Below are positions 63,902 to 64,000 of a stretch of DNA of 64,000 nucleotides, in pieces. How positions within the stretch are numbered: the stretch's first letter is position 1; each line of letters starts with the position of its first letter. Both the position numbers and the translations under genes were made by a program. The DNA is from a virus: positions 1,411 to 65,410 of IMG/VR virus record IMGVR_UViG_3300047160_003189; one strand, 5' to 3'. The notes beneath the pieces are model-generated. The model saw only the letters and a list, made by a program, of their open reading frames with translations. It was not told the DNA's origin and did no database searches.

Positions 63902-64000
63902 CTACGTCCAAGTCCCCTCATCGAGCTTCTGCCATCTGCCGGCTATTCTTCTTCCCAGTACTGGCCTGCCGGCGATGATGCGGACCTCGACATCATCACT
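63902..64000 (-). CDS. Partial hypothetical protein (3' end only)
   Basis: Open from the window edge, SDDVEVRIIAGRPVLG...GTWT, to TAG at 63902. Confidence 0.5.
   Translation of the reverse strand, partial: SDDVEVRIIAGRPVLGRRIAGRWQKLDEGTWT

Noticed and set aside
1-64000. Stop-codon recoding, tRNA genes, integrase or att site
   Set aside because: Genes tile well under the standard code with TAG used as a stop; no cloverleaf or recombinase motifs were seen by eye.

Overview
A 64 kb slice of a tailed dsDNA phage genome with a contractile (myovirus-type) tail. The host is probably an alphaproteobacterium: there is a GcrA-like HTH and GANTC sites look depleted. No integrase, tRNA or CRISPR array was seen. 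There are two convergent arms. The + strand (1-20013) holds replication and early genes: DnaB-like helicase, SNF2 helicase, primase, DNA methyltransferase, beta clamp, UDG-PolA fusion, clamp loader, a histone-H1-like protein, and a small-gene early operon. The - strand (64000 to 20695) holds GH19 endolysin, polysaccharide lyase, TerL, a giant portal fusion, topoisomerase IB, MuF, an Acb2/Tad1-like protein, a 1463-aa NUDIX plus ADP-ribosyltransferase protein, DUF2213 protease/scaffold, decoration, DUF2184 capsid, neck, sheath, tube, frameshifted chaperone, two tape-measure paralogues, baseplate and fibres. Most notable: (1) three type II hammerhead ribozymes, each just upstream of the same RBS in the early operon; (2) a candidate head-cargo system, with an A-x-D motif across head proteins followed by a shared DP/HPR..G.W/F peptide at the start of several enzyme domains; (3) a terminal [RK]VRI motif in six unrelated proteins; (4) a beta-rich module inserted in five virion proteins; (5) two tape-measure paralogues with different wall hydrolases. 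All family assignments come from motif recognition by eye; no searches were run.
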